A DNA stretch of 64,000 nucleotides from Clostridia bacterium (GTDB lineage Bacteria > Bacillota > Clostridia > UBA1381): the NCBI GenBank assembly GCA_045644665.1, contig JAZRHH010000045.1, forward strand, positions 22,003-86,002, read 5' to 3'. Below the pieces are notes generated by a model. That model searched no databases. It saw only the letters and a program-made list of their open reading frames with translations, and was not told the DNA's origin. The translations under genes and the position numbers were made by a program. Below, in pieces: positions 1-9,355 of this stretch (its first letter is position 1; every line of letters begins with the position of its first letter).

Positions 1-45
1 ATCAAGCACTGTTCCGTCTATGTCCCATAATATGTATTTGTACAT
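1..45 (-). CDS. HAD-superfamily hydrolase, N-terminal fragment; the gene runs off the left edge
   Basis: Minus-strand ATG at 45-43 preceded by AAGGAAA. It reads MYKYILWDIDGTVLD, which contains HAD motif I (DxDGT). Only 15 codons are visible. Confidence 0.45.
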   Translation of the reverse strand, partial: MYKYILWDIDGTVLD

Positions 46-78
46 AATATTTCCTTTCTTTATTATCCCGGAAAGTCC

Positions 79-807
79 TCAATATAATTTGCGTGTTTCT
101 TCCACACATTTTTTTGCTATTTGGATTTCGTCATCAGAAATTTCTTCATCAAAATCAGAAAACGTGTTACTTTTTATATCATTTCCTGTCAAAACTGAAT
201 ACCAAAGCAATCCAAGTGCATATCTACCAAGCCCTAAACTTGCATGAAATGTGTCTCGGTGCACTTTTTCAATTCCCGATGCAATAAGCTTTTGAAAAAG
301 CTCGCCTGATGGAATAACAAAATCTGCATCAATTGCTTTACAAGCCTTTTCATATGCCTTTTCTATATCCTTAAACATATCAGTATGGTCGTTATATCCA
401 AGCTCAACATTTAAGCGCTGAGAATCTTGTTCATATGCCCACGTTTGATGAATCGCAATCTTTGCCTTAGGCACACAAAGCCTTACATACTCAACCAATT
501 TATCAAGATATGGTTGATATGTATCATAATAAGGCGAATTTTTGCTCGCCTGCTGAATGGTAACAACATCCCAGTCACGGTTTAAAAGTGCATCCTTTAA
601 TGACACCTCAAATCCGGTACTTTCTCCGTTCATTCCAAGTGTGTATGCATTTTTTTCGCTTAACATATTTCTATAATGACGGGAAAGAGGACATCCGCCT
701 ATATAAAGATTGAATGTGTTAAGGGTATATCCATCAGCCTTTGCAATCCGGTGCAAATACCTTTGAGCATCATGTGAAAAACTGTTTCCTATTGATAAAA
801 TGTTCAT
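79..807 (-). CDS. SGNH/GDSL-like hydrolase-fold protein (DUF4886-like)
   Basis: 242-aa ORF. The N-terminus MNILSIGNSFSHDA resembles the GNSF(S) block of DUF4886/SGNH-type proteins. No overlapping competitor ORF of similar quality. Confidence 0.55.
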   Translation of the reverse strand: MNILSIGNSFSHDAQRYLHRIAKADGYTLNTFNLYIGGCPLSRHYRNMLSEKNAYTLGMNGESTGFEVSLKDALLNRDWDVVTIQQASKNSPYYDTYQPYLDKLVEYVRLCVPKAKIAIHQTWAYEQDSQRLNVELGYNDHTDMFKDIEKAYEKACKAIDADFVIPSGELFQKLIASGIEKVHRDTFHASLGLGRYALGLLWYSVLTGNDIKSNTFSDFDEEISDDEIQIAKKCVEETRKLY

Positions 808-917
808 TTTTAACTACTCCTTTTTTCATCATTATTTGATATTCTTTACTATATAGACTGTATAATCCGGATGCCTGTCTTTTTCAACGAAAGTTCATAT
901 TAAGTTAGAACTAAAAA

Positions 918-1298
918 TCATTCAATTTTCTCAAACTGAAATTCTTGATTGATATATTCATCAAGACTTCCGTCAATTCGAGTAAACTCGTGAGTTCCCT
1001 CTGATAATTTTAAATCATTTGCCTGCATATACAAAGAAATTGTTTTTCTAATGGGTTCTTCAATTTGTACCAATGCTTTATATTTTTCTGGTATATCTAT
1101 AAACGCCGAATAATCAACAACTTCATTTTTATCTACAGTTATTTGACTGTAATCTTTATCAGTCTTAATTTCTGTCGTAGACGCCCAATGATATGTCATT
1201 CCAACAAAAAACGAAATTACCAATGTAGCAATCCATATAACAATAGTTAAGAAAACACCAAGTTTTTTAAAGAATGAAATCAACTTCATATATTGCAC
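918..1298 (-). CDS. Membrane-anchored hypothetical protein
   Basis: 126-aa ORF with one N-terminal hydrophobic helix (LGVFLTIVIWIATLVISFFVG). No recognisable catalytic motif. Confidence 0.5.
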   Translation of the reverse strand: MQYMKLISFFKKLGVFLTIVIWIATLVISFFVGMTYHWASTTEIKTDKDYSQITVDKNEVVDYSAFIDIPEKYKALVQIEEPIRKTISLYMQANDLKLSEGTHEFTRIDGSLDEYINQEFQFEKIE

Positions 1299-1398
1299 TT
1301 CCTTTCAAAGCCTCCCTTGCCTAAAGAGAGGTATTTTTTCTCGACAATATTCGACATCCCTTATATGCGGGACAAACGGTTTAGATGCAAACCTTTTA

Positions 1399-1591
1399 TC
1401 GATATGCAAACTGCGTTTGCTCGATATTTTTACTTCCGTAAAATCGATATGTTTTCCCTTCGGTCAAACTCGATATGATATGAATTCTCGTTGCCGCAAG
1501 GCAACATATCGAGTGCGTTAGCACATATCGAGTCTGAAAGACATATCGAGAATTCGATAGAATTCATATCGATGCATTGCTAAAGCAATGC
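1399..1591. repeat. Mirror array of eight TCGATATG / CATATCGA octamers interleaved with short hairpins
   Basis: TCGATAT(G/T) at 1399, 1421, 1444 and 1470. GC hairpin GTTGCC-GCAA-GGCAAC at 1490-1505. The reverse complement CATATCGA at 1505, 1524, 1542 and 1565. Extra hairpins at 1513-1524, 1550-1565 and 1574-1591. Confidence 0.8.
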
Positions 1592-1646
1592 TAGGTTCAT
1601 GTCAAGTTAGGAACAAAAAATCATCTAATCATATTAGCTATTCAAA

Positions 1647-2153
1647 TTACACGATTTCAATCTGCACTGCCTTCATTGCATCAAGTGCTGTATTGTGACT
1701 TTCTACGCTCACACCTGCACAACATTTACTGTCAACTGTGATTTTAGCTTCCGGGAAGGTTGCCTTTAATATCATGGCATTTGAAATTACGCAAATATCT
1801 GTACACAGACCGCACAGTTCTATTTCTTCAATCTCCTCACCACACTCTTTGATCATATTCGGCAGGTTAACACTTCCGAATGTGATTTTGTCAACTACTT
1901 CTTTAACATACGGCGTTAATTCATCACAAATCTGCCAGCCATTTGTATCTTTAATGCAATGTTCAACAGGAAGTTTCTTTCCTTCCTGTGTCTTCATATA
2001 ATCTGCAAAATGTGTATCTCTTGTAAAGATTACTTTTCCTTCAAAGTCCTTTACTTTTTCCACTACATCAGGAACTATTTTCTCCGCCATTTTACTGCCA
2101 AGACTTCCTGTTATAAAGTCAACCTGCATATCAACTACAATTAAGTATTTCAT
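1647..2153 (-). CDS. Isochorismatase-family cysteine hydrolase (nicotinamidase-like)
   Basis: 168 aa. The N-terminus MKYLIVVDMQVDFITGSLGS is the typical isochorismatase/PncA start. Conserved Cys in LCGLCTDICV. Confidence 0.8.
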   Translation of the reverse strand: MKYLIVVDMQVDFITGSLGSKMAEKIVPDVVEKVKDFEGKVIFTRDTHFADYMKTQEGKKLPVEHCIKDTNGWQICDELTPYVKEVVDKITFGSVNLPNMIKECGEEIEEIELCGLCTDICVISNAMILKATFPEAKITVDSKCCAGVSVESHNTALDAMKAVQIEIV

Positions 2154-2291
2154 ATCTTTTTACCAGCTCCCGTTATAAAGACTGTATAATCCTTCTGCCA
2201 CTCCTCGACTGCAGGATTATGTTACATTTAATTTTATCAAATTACCAAATAAAAGTCAATAAATTAAGTGTTATTTAAAGTATAATTAATA

Positions 2292-2323
2292 ATGCAGCCT
2301 GCAGATTTTTCTGCAGGCTGCAT
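2292..2323 (-). terminator. Hairpin terminator downstream of the P-type ATPase
   Basis: 13-bp perfect stem ATGCAGCCTGCAG / CTGCAGGCTGCAT with a 6-nt loop, 5 nt past the ATPase stop. The U-tract is weak. Confidence 0.55.
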
Positions 2324-2328
2324 ATTAA

Positions 2329-4953
2329 TTATTTTTTTCTTTGGAACAGCTTAACAATTTCAACAATTGGTATTGTAGAAAGTGCGAGCAGAAGCGCTAC
2401 TCCATATTCAGTCAAGCTGATTGGTTCAAAATCAAAGAGATTTCTAAGTGCCGGAACAAATATCAAAAGTGTAGTCAGTGCAAGTGAGAAAATCATTGTT
2501 CCCCAAAGGAGCATATTATTGGTTTTCAATTTAAATATTGAGCCGTGTGAACGCATATTAAATGAGTGGAAAATTTCCGCCATTGACATTGCAAGGAACG
2601 CCATTGTCATACCGTCTGCACTCTGTGTAACTTCCCATACACCTGCTTCCATATAATGACCGATAAAGTACGCTGCAAGTGTAATTACAGATACCATAAG
2701 TCCCTGATATGCAACATTAAATCCAAGGCCGTTTGCAAAAATTCCCTCGTCACTCTTTCTTGGCTTTCTTGTCATTATATCCGGCTCTTCCTTTTCTGCA
2801 CCAAGTGCAAGGGCAGGGAGTGAGTCAGTAACAAGATTAATAAAGAGAATGTGTGCAGGCTTTAATATTGAGAAGCCGCAGAATGTTGCAACAAATATAC
2901 TTATAACTTCACTTAAGTTTGATGAGAGCAGGAACTGAATACATTTACAAATATTATCAAATATTCTTCTACCCTCTGCAACTGCGCTTACGATTGTTGC
3001 AAAGTTGTCGTCTGCAAGAATCATATCAGCAACATTTTTTGTAACGTCTGTACCGGTTATACCCATACCGATACCGATATCTGCATTTTTAATTGACGGT
3101 GCATCGTTTACGCCGTCTCCTGTCATAGCAGTAACGCATCCAAGCTTACGCCATGCATTTACAATGCGAACCTTGTGTTCAGGCTGTACACGTGCATAAA
3201 CAGAGTACTGTGTAACAATTTCATTAAACTCTTCATCAGAGTACTTGTCAATCTCTGCGCCTGTTATAGCCTGGGACGCATCGGTTATAATTCCAAGTGT
3301 TTTTGCAATTGCAACGGCTGTATCCTTATGGTCGCCTGTTATCATTATGGGTCTGATACCTGCTCTTTCACACTGCGCCACCGCATCGGTAACCTCCGGT
3401 CTTACCGGGTCAATCATACCCACAAGACCAATAAATATCATATTATTTTCAAGTGCCTCGGAGGTATAAACTTCCGGAGCCCCATCGTGCATTTTATATG
3501 CACAACCAAGAACACGAAGTGCCTGCGATGCAAAATCTGTGTTCTTTGCAAGAACCGCCGCTCGCTTCTCTGCTGTAAGCTCTACCTCTTTTCCACCCTC
3601 CAAAATGTGTGTACATCTTGCAAGAAGTTCATCAGGTGCACCCTTTGTATACTGGATAATTTTGCCCTCATCATTATGAACGGTTGTCATCATTTTTCTG
3701 CCCGAGTCAAAAGGCACTTCCCCGACACGTGGAGATTTTGATGTGAGATCTCCTTTTTTAAGACCAAGCTTTGTTGCATAGTTTACAAGTGCACATTCTG
3801 TCGGCTCGCCTATTGCTTCGCCGGTTTCATCAGGCTCGGCATCGGAGCAAAGTGACATTCCGGTTGCAAGAAGCTCCTGGTTATCGCTCCAGAAATCAAC
3901 AACTGTCATTTTGTTTTGTGTAAGTGTACCAGTTTTGTCAGAACATATAATTTGTGTACAGCCAAGTGTTTCAACTGCTGTCAAACGGCGGATAATTGCC
4001 TTTTGCTTTGACATTTTTGTAACGCCCATTGAAAGAACAATTGTTACAACAGCCGCAAGGCCTTCAGGGATTGCCGCCACCGCAAGGCTGACAGCCAGCA
4101 TAAATGTATCAAGTGATGTATGAAGGTCGAACTTTCCGTTTCTTATAAGGGTAAAGGCAAACATAAATACGCAAATACCCAAAACAAGCTTTGTTAAAAG
4201 TCCGCTCAGCTGTGAAAGTCTTTTTTGAAGAGGTGTTTCTCCATCTTCTGCCTGGGTTATTGCTGTTGCAATTTTTCCCATTTCTGTATCCATACCGGTA
4301 GCTGTAACTACCATTGTACCTCTGCCGTAAACAACAACGCTTCCCATATAGCACATATTTTTTCTGTCCCCAAGAGGAACGTCCCCGTTTTCTGCGGCAG
4401 TTAGTGCATAGTCAAACTTATCTGATGGAACAGACTCTCCTGTAAGTGCAGCTTCCTCAATTTTAAGACTTGAAGACTCTAAAATTCTGCCGTCTGCAGG
4501 AACTGCATCACCTGCTTCAAGAATTACAATATCGCCGACTACTAGGTCTTCACTTTTTATAACCAGATGTTTTCCGCCGCGGATAACCTTGGATGTTGCA
4601 GCAGCCATTTCCTTTAGAGCGTCAATCGCCTTTTCAGCCTTGCTTTCCTGAACAACACCAAGTATAGTGTTAAGCACAACAACTGAAAGAATAATAAACA
4701 CGTCGGTAGGGCTCTCTTTCTCTATAAGAGCAGTTATAAGTGAAACCACAGCCGCGCCGATAAGAACAAGTACCATAGGGTCTGCTATCTGTTCAATAAG
4801 TCTTTGGAACAAATTTTTCTTTTTTCCCTCAACAAGCTTGTTCTTTCCGTTCTTTTCAAGGCGCTCTGCTGCCTCGTTTTCCAAAAGGCCTTCCCCTGCA
4901 GAAGATGAAAGCTCAGATAGAACCGCTTCTTTTTCTTCGAGATAATGTTTCAT
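2329..4953 (-). CDS. P-type cation-transporting ATPase, P2 (Ca2+/Mn2+) type
   Basis: 874 aa. Phosphorylation motif CSDKTGTLT, hinge motif TGDGVNDAPSIK, TM4 IPEGL motif, about 10 predicted TM segments. Confidence 0.9.
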   Translation of the reverse strand: MKHYLEEKEAVLSELSSSAGEGLLENEAAERLEKNGKNKLVEGKKKNLFQRLIEQIADPMVLVLIGAAVVSLITALIEKESPTDVFIILSVVVLNTILGVVQESKAEKAIDALKEMAAATSKVIRGGKHLVIKSEDLVVGDIVILEAGDAVPADGRILESSSLKIEEAALTGESVPSDKFDYALTAAENGDVPLGDRKNMCYMGSVVVYGRGTMVVTATGMDTEMGKIATAITQAEDGETPLQKRLSQLSGLLTKLVLGICVFMFAFTLIRNGKFDLHTSLDTFMLAVSLAVAAIPEGLAAVVTIVLSMGVTKMSKQKAIIRRLTAVETLGCTQIICSDKTGTLTQNKMTVVDFWSDNQELLATGMSLCSDAEPDETGEAIGEPTECALVNYATKLGLKKGDLTSKSPRVGEVPFDSGRKMMTTVHNDEGKIIQYTKGAPDELLARCTHILEGGKEVELTAEKRAAVLAKNTDFASQALRVLGCAYKMHDGAPEVYTSEALENNMIFIGLVGMIDPVRPEVTDAVAQCERAGIRPIMITGDHKDTAVAIAKTLGIITDASQAITGAEIDKYSDEEFNEIVTQYSVYARVQPEHKVRIVNAWRKLGCVTAMTGDGVNDAPSIKNADIGIGMGITGTDVTKNVADMILADDNFATIVSAVAEGRRIFDNICKCIQFLLSSNLSEVISIFVATFCGFSILKPAHILFINLVTDSLPALALGAEKEEPDIMTRKPRKSDEGIFANGLGFNVAYQGLMVSVITLAAYFIGHYMEAGVWEVTQSADGMTMAFLAMSMAEIFHSFNMRSHGSIFKLKTNNMLLWGTMIFSLALTTLLIFVPALRNLFDFEPISLTEYGVALLLALSTIPIVEIVKLFQRKK

Positions 4954-4992
4954 AAAATTCTCCCTTTCGATAATTTAAATTTTTTACTGTAC

Positions 4993-5122
4993 AAAAAAGA
5001 CGAGCCCATATGTACAGCAAGTTCCACACATATAGTCTCGTCATTTAATTCAAGCCAAGCGAATACTCGCCGTGTCAATGTTGACTTGACACGCCTTTAA
5101 AAAGCGCTAACTACTCCCTATA
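4993..5122 (-). promoter_or_regulatory. Probable yybP-ykoY (Mn2+) riboswitch with intrinsic terminator in the ATPase leader
   Basis: The minus strand reads UAUAGGGAGUAG ... GUCAACAUUGACAC ... GACGAGACUAUAU, which matches the conserved GGGAGUAG, UUGACA and GAGAC blocks of the family. The 3' block overlaps the stem GACGAG...CUCGUC, which is followed by UUUUUU (4993-5042). Confidence 0.65.
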
Positions 5123-5132
5123 AATTATATAT

Positions 5133-5161
5133 ATTATACCATAACTTGTAAAATGTGTCAA
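5133..5161 (-). promoter_or_regulatory. Sigma-A type promoter for the riboswitch/ATPase transcript
   Basis: Minus strand TTGACA (5161-5156), 17-nt spacer, TATAAT (5138-5133). Confidence 0.6.
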
Positions 5162-5170
5162 TATATTATT

Positions 5171-5338
5171 TTACATAAGATCCATCATAAAAGTACCAAG
5201 CTCAAAAATAATTGCAAGGCACAAAATCCCAACTCCCACAGCACCCCATTTGTTCTTATCCTTTTTCACATTCCAGGCGCCGTAGGAAGAAAGCCTTACT
5301 ATTACAAAAAGAATAATAGCTGTCACAAGTTCTTTCAT
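5171..5338 (-). CDS. Small two-helix membrane protein (55 aa), absent from the ORF track
   Basis: The ATG at 5338 lies 1 nt after the TAA of the upstream Ger(x)C gene. It reads MKELVTAIILFVIVRLSSYGAWNVKKDKNKWGAVGVGILCLAIIFELGTFMMDLM. The opposite-strand 69-aa ORF (5153..5362) looks spurious. Confidence 0.5.
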   Translation of the reverse strand: MKELVTAIILFVIVRLSSYGAWNVKKDKNKWGAVGVGILCLAIIFELGTFMMDLM

Positions 5339-5339
5339 T

Positions 5340-6605
5340 TTATTTCTCCTCCCGCTGGGTAAGTCCTGTTCTTCTTACATTAAGCTCAATTTCCACATCC
5401 ACGTCCATAGTCCTGTACTTTTCCTCCCAGTCATATTTTTCAAATTCCTCTCTTGTTAAGAATTTTGACTTTGCAAAAAGGCCAAATCCCACAATATCCG
5501 AATCAAATACATTCTGGGTTTTCTTAATAAATTTTTCTATTTCCTCCTTAACACCCTTTGCCGCAAGGGCTTCAAAATGCTCTATGTCCTTTTCCGCAAT
5601 ATAGTCATCGGGCAGGGACACAAATTCTGCACCAAGCCGGAGTGAAACTTTAGCGGTATGAGTACTTTTGTTATAGGAAATTTTTGCTCTCTCCTCTTTG
5701 TCAAGAAGCACAGTTACAAGCCGGTCCGATTTATCTGTCTTAAAGGAAATATAATTCCGGCTCACATCTTCCGTCAGCATATTATAAATCTGGGCATCTA
5801 TCAGTCCAAGCTCTCCCACCATTTTGTCGCCCTTAAAAACTGCGCCGCCGGACACCTCGGAGTTTGAATTACTGTAAACCTCTACCTCTCCTGCTTTGTA
5901 GTTGTGTACGGTAAATTCATATATGTCTTTTTCCTCGGGGGCTTTTTCATGTTCGGGGTTTGGTTTTTCCTTTTCTCCGGACTCCTCTGCACCCTCTCCT
6001 TTCCCCTTAGACTCTGCTTTTTCAGGCACTGCCGCAAGGGGAAGTACAGAATTTTTTTCAGAAAGATTTATATAAAAATATAAGTCCTGGCTGTAGCTCC
6101 GGGGTATTGCTCTGTAGTCATTTTTCCCAAAAATCAGCTGATAATACTTCGCCGGATTTATGTCAACCGAGGGGCTTGCCTTTGACAGATATTCCGATGC
6201 TTTTCCGTCAGCAACAGCCGTAAACACATTGGGCCTTATTTCCTTACTTCTTGATATAGTTTCTATAAAATCAGAAATCCCCTCTTTTGCAATATCTTTT
6301 GAAAAAACAAACAGTCTCAGGTGGGATAGGTCAAAGCTTTTACTTATTATATGGTTTCCAAGTCCTATACCCGAATAGATATCAGGCGCTTCCACAGTAA
6401 CGCTTGACATAATATCCTTACCGGTTCCGCCGCTTTCCCCGCCGCTTATATTGTATGGTTTTGCATACTGTATTGTAATATTGTAGTTTTTTTCTTTTCC
6501 CTTGTCTATTCCTATAGCTGTGGCATATGCAATATCATTTGGCTCTCGGTTATCATAGCAGGAAGAAAGAAGAACACAAAAAAGCAAAAGAACTATTTTT
6601 TTCAT
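5340..6605 (-). CDS. Spore germination receptor subunit C, Ger(x)C-family lipoprotein
   Basis: 421 aa. Signal peptide with lipobox LLSSC. Third gene of a gerA-type operon, with a 4-nt overlap with the B subunit. Confidence 0.85.
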   Translation of the reverse strand: MKKIVLLLFCVLLSSCYDNREPNDIAYATAIGIDKGKEKNYNITIQYAKPYNISGGESGGTGKDIMSSVTVEAPDIYSGIGLGNHIISKSFDLSHLRLFVFSKDIAKEGISDFIETISRSKEIRPNVFTAVADGKASEYLSKASPSVDINPAKYYQLIFGKNDYRAIPRSYSQDLYFYINLSEKNSVLPLAAVPEKAESKGKGEGAEESGEKEKPNPEHEKAPEEKDIYEFTVHNYKAGEVEVYSNSNSEVSGGAVFKGDKMVGELGLIDAQIYNMLTEDVSRNYISFKTDKSDRLVTVLLDKEERAKISYNKSTHTAKVSLRLGAEFVSLPDDYIAEKDIEHFEALAAKGVKEEIEKFIKKTQNVFDSDIVGFGLFAKSKFLTREEFEKYDWEEKYRTMDVDVEIELNVRRTGLTQREEK

Positions 6606-7663
6606 ATTTTTCTCCTTTCTCTGCTTCTTATAAGCTGGGATGCAACGGGCAGAAGCAGGGCAAGTCCGATTAAAATTATGGAATATACACTAAAATTCCT
6701 GTTTTGCTCAATATATGAAACAGAGGAATAAGACAGCAGTGCAACAAAGCTCATAAATGGTGCAATAAGAGGCTTTTCATACTTTAAATCAAAGGTTTCT
6801 TTCCATACAAAGCTAAGCGCATAAAGGTAAACAGAAAGATATATTAAAATAGAAATTGTCCAAACAAACTCAAAAAACGCTTCAAATCTTCCAAAAAAGT
6901 CACTAAGCTGTATAAGCCTCACCGTATTGTATAAAGGAAGCACAAAATCCTCGGACACACTATAAGGAAAAATCAAGGAATATCCAAGCATTGCCACTGT
7001 TAATATAACGCCCATTATAATAATTGCCTTAAAGCCGGCACGTCTTATTTCCTTACTTTCAACCCCCTGTGGTGCTATCAAAAAAATAAGAAAAATGTCG
7101 GAAAAAACAGATAAAATAGTAAGTCCGTCAAAACCTATACCCTTTATTCCTTTTCCCAAAATAGGAGTTAAATTGTAAAGGTGCATATTAGGAATAAGAA
7201 ACAAAAAACAAAGCACCATAACAGCTGTTGCTATTGGCTGAAACAAGGAGCATATTTTCCCAAGGGATTCTATTCCCATATATGCACCGATTACTGCCGC
7301 AACAGAGAAAATGATATAAATTATCTCTGTTGGTGTATTCTTTAAAAGGATTATTTTAACTGTTTCCGGATAAATTTTTACAACAGAGGACATGGAAAGA
7401 ACCAAAAATACAGTTGCAAGTATCCCAATTACCTTTTTATATACTCCTTTTATATCCATAAGATTTTTTGAAAAATCATAGACCTTAGAAATCAGAAAAA
7501 AAAGCAAAAGCTCCAAAAGAGTAACATAAATACACAAAATCCATGCCGCATTTCCTGCCGCTAAAATAATATTTCTTGGCACAACAAGAAGAAGCTTAAC
7601 ATACATTACATTAATAAGCACAAGGGAAAGGGAAGTGACATTTAATTTTTCTTTCATAAGCAA
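6602..7663 (-). CDS. Spore germination receptor subunit B (GerAB-type permease-like membrane protein)
   Basis: 353 aa, about 10 TM helices, positioned between the A and C subunits. Confidence 0.85.
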   Translation of the reverse strand: MLMKEKLNVTSLSLVLINVMYVKLLLVVPRNIILAAGNAAWILCIYVTLLELLLFFLISKVYDFSKNLMDIKGVYKKVIGILATVFLVLSMSSVVKIYPETVKIILLKNTPTEIIYIIFSVAAVIGAYMGIESLGKICSLFQPIATAVMVLCFLFLIPNMHLYNLTPILGKGIKGIGFDGLTILSVFSDIFLIFLIAPQGVESKEIRRAGFKAIIIMGVILTVAMLGYSLIFPYSVSEDFVLPLYNTVRLIQLSDFFGRFEAFFEFVWTISILIYLSVYLYALSFVWKETFDLKYEKPLIAPFMSFVALLSYSSVSYIEQNRNFSVYSIILIGLALLLPVASQLIRSRERRKI

Positions 7664-7670
7664 TACCCCT

Positions 7671-9245
7671 TTACTTAAATAACCAGCTTCTGCTGATTTT
7701 TTCTTCTTTTTTATTATCCTTTGCCTTTAAAAATGAGGGACGGTATTCATCACTCCATACATTTTTTGCAAAAAGTGCACGTCTTAGCTTGTTTTCGCCT
7801 GTAGGGAAAAGAAAATCTATACCAAAACTTTTTAGCGTTCCAATATAAACAGAGTAAATAAACACTCCTGTGCTTATTCCAAAAAATCCAAAGCTTGCCC
7901 CAAGAACTATAAATATAAAACGGAGTATCCTATAGCTCCAGCCAAGAGAATAATTCCCTGTTGCAAAGGAGCCAATTCCTGTAATGGCGATTATTATAAT
8001 CATAATAGGACTTACAATTTTTGCACTAACCGCCGCCTGACCAAGTATAAGTCCTCCCACAATTCCAAGTGTAGAGCCAAGAACTCCGGGCATACGAAGT
8101 CCTGCCTCACGTATCATTTCAAAGGAAAAATCCATTAAAAGAAGCTCAAGAACGCTTGGAAAAGGTACATTTTCTCTTGATGCACTTATGGAATATAGAA
8201 GATAGGTAGGTATCATTTCCTGATGAAATAACGTAAGAGCAAGGTATGTCCCCGGCAAAAGAACAGATATAAGTGCAGCAATAAGGCGTATTATTCTTGC
8301 TGCATTTACAAAAATACTGTTCATATAAGAGTCAGAGGGTGAGTGCAAAAGCTCAAAGGCGTTAGTAGGAAAAATAAGTGCTGACGGACTTCCGCTTAAA
8401 ATAAGTGCAACTCTTCCGTCTGCAAGATATCTTGCTGTACGGTCAGGTCTTTCTGTTGTTAAAAGCTGATTTGTAACAGAAAGCTTTGCGTCCTTTACAA
8501 AGTTTCCTACTTCTTCAACTGCAAAAATATAATCTGTTTCAATCCCGTTTATACGCCGCAGTGCCTCATCTACCAAATTTTCATTTGCAACATCGCTTAA
8601 ATACATAAGCACACCACGTGTTTTGCTTACTTTTCCAACCTCTACACCCTTACATATAAGCTTTTCTGTCTTTAAAATTTTGCGGACTAAAGCGCTGCTG
8701 CTTCTAAGCATTTCATTAAATGCTTCCTGAGGACCAAAAACAGATTGCTCATTTTCAGGCTTTTGTACCACTCTGTGTTCCCATGCACGAACATCAATAG
8801 AGAATCCTATATTAAGCCCATCCACAAACACTCCGCAGCTTCCAAAATTTATTTCATCTATTATTTTCTCAATATCTTTTTCCGGCTGTGCCTGTGAATT
8901 AGAAATAAATTTATAAAGGACTTCTTCCTGTTTTAATCTCAAATCCTCATCACAAAGGCGCGGAATAAATTGCATGGACTCAATAACATTGGAGCTTATA
9001 AATGTGCCATTTGCCATTCCGTCATAAAAAATAACAAAAGCATCTCTGTCACCTTTTAGCTGAAACTTACGAATTACAACATCGTTGTTTTCGGGAACGG
9101 AAAACCGTTTTTTTAAGTATTCTTCATTTTCCTTTATGTTTCTTGATATCTTAAAAGGTATTATACTTTGAACAGTAGAAGTATCTTCCTTTAAAACAAA
9201 TATATCTTTATCTTCAGGCTCATGAAAAACAAAGGGATTTTTCAT
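7671..9245 (-). CDS. Spore germination receptor subunit A (GerAA family)
   Basis: 524 aa. Soluble N-terminal domain plus a C-terminal TM bundle. First gene of the operon. Confidence 0.85.
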   Translation of the reverse strand: MKNPFVFHEPEDKDIFVLKEDTSTVQSIIPFKISRNIKENEEYLKKRFSVPENNDVVIRKFQLKGDRDAFVIFYDGMANGTFISSNVIESMQFIPRLCDEDLRLKQEEVLYKFISNSQAQPEKDIEKIIDEINFGSCGVFVDGLNIGFSIDVRAWEHRVVQKPENEQSVFGPQEAFNEMLRSSSALVRKILKTEKLICKGVEVGKVSKTRGVLMYLSDVANENLVDEALRRINGIETDYIFAVEEVGNFVKDAKLSVTNQLLTTERPDRTARYLADGRVALILSGSPSALIFPTNAFELLHSPSDSYMNSIFVNAARIIRLIAALISVLLPGTYLALTLFHQEMIPTYLLYSISASRENVPFPSVLELLLMDFSFEMIREAGLRMPGVLGSTLGIVGGLILGQAAVSAKIVSPIMIIIIAITGIGSFATGNYSLGWSYRILRFIFIVLGASFGFFGISTGVFIYSVYIGTLKSFGIDFLFPTGENKLRRALFAKNVWSDEYRPSFLKAKDNKKEEKISRSWLFK

Positions 9246-9311
9246 AAAATTATCCTTTCTTGCTTTTTATAGTAGTATTGGAATTTTCGGCAAATTTATA
9301 CACATATAAAT

Positions 9312-9327
9312 TGTTTCACGTGAAACA
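9312..9327. other. parS: parS centromere-like site, copy 1
   Basis: TGTTTCACGTGAAACA is a perfect palindromic match to the Firmicute parS consensus TGTTNCACGTGAAACA. Confidence 0.9.
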
Positions 9328-9355
9328 TTAATATATTTTATAAAATTTTTAAAAA

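Noticed and set aside
1399-1591. Considered a CRISPR-like or tandem-repeat array.
   Set aside because: The repeat unit is only 8 nt, the spacing is irregular (18-26 bp), the copies are in mirrored orientation and there are no cas genes. This does not fit a CRISPR architecture.
3175-3741. 188-aa plus-strand ORF (and neighbours 3005..3199, 3245..3469, 3911..4123, 4667..4945).
   Set aside because: These are entirely antisense to the well-supported P-type ATPase gene, with Cys/Arg-rich, low-complexity translations typical of shadow ORFs.
5153-5362. 69-aa plus-strand ORF.
   Set aside because: It overlaps the ATPase promoter and the Ger(x)C gene end. The opposite strand has a better small ORF with tight translational coupling.
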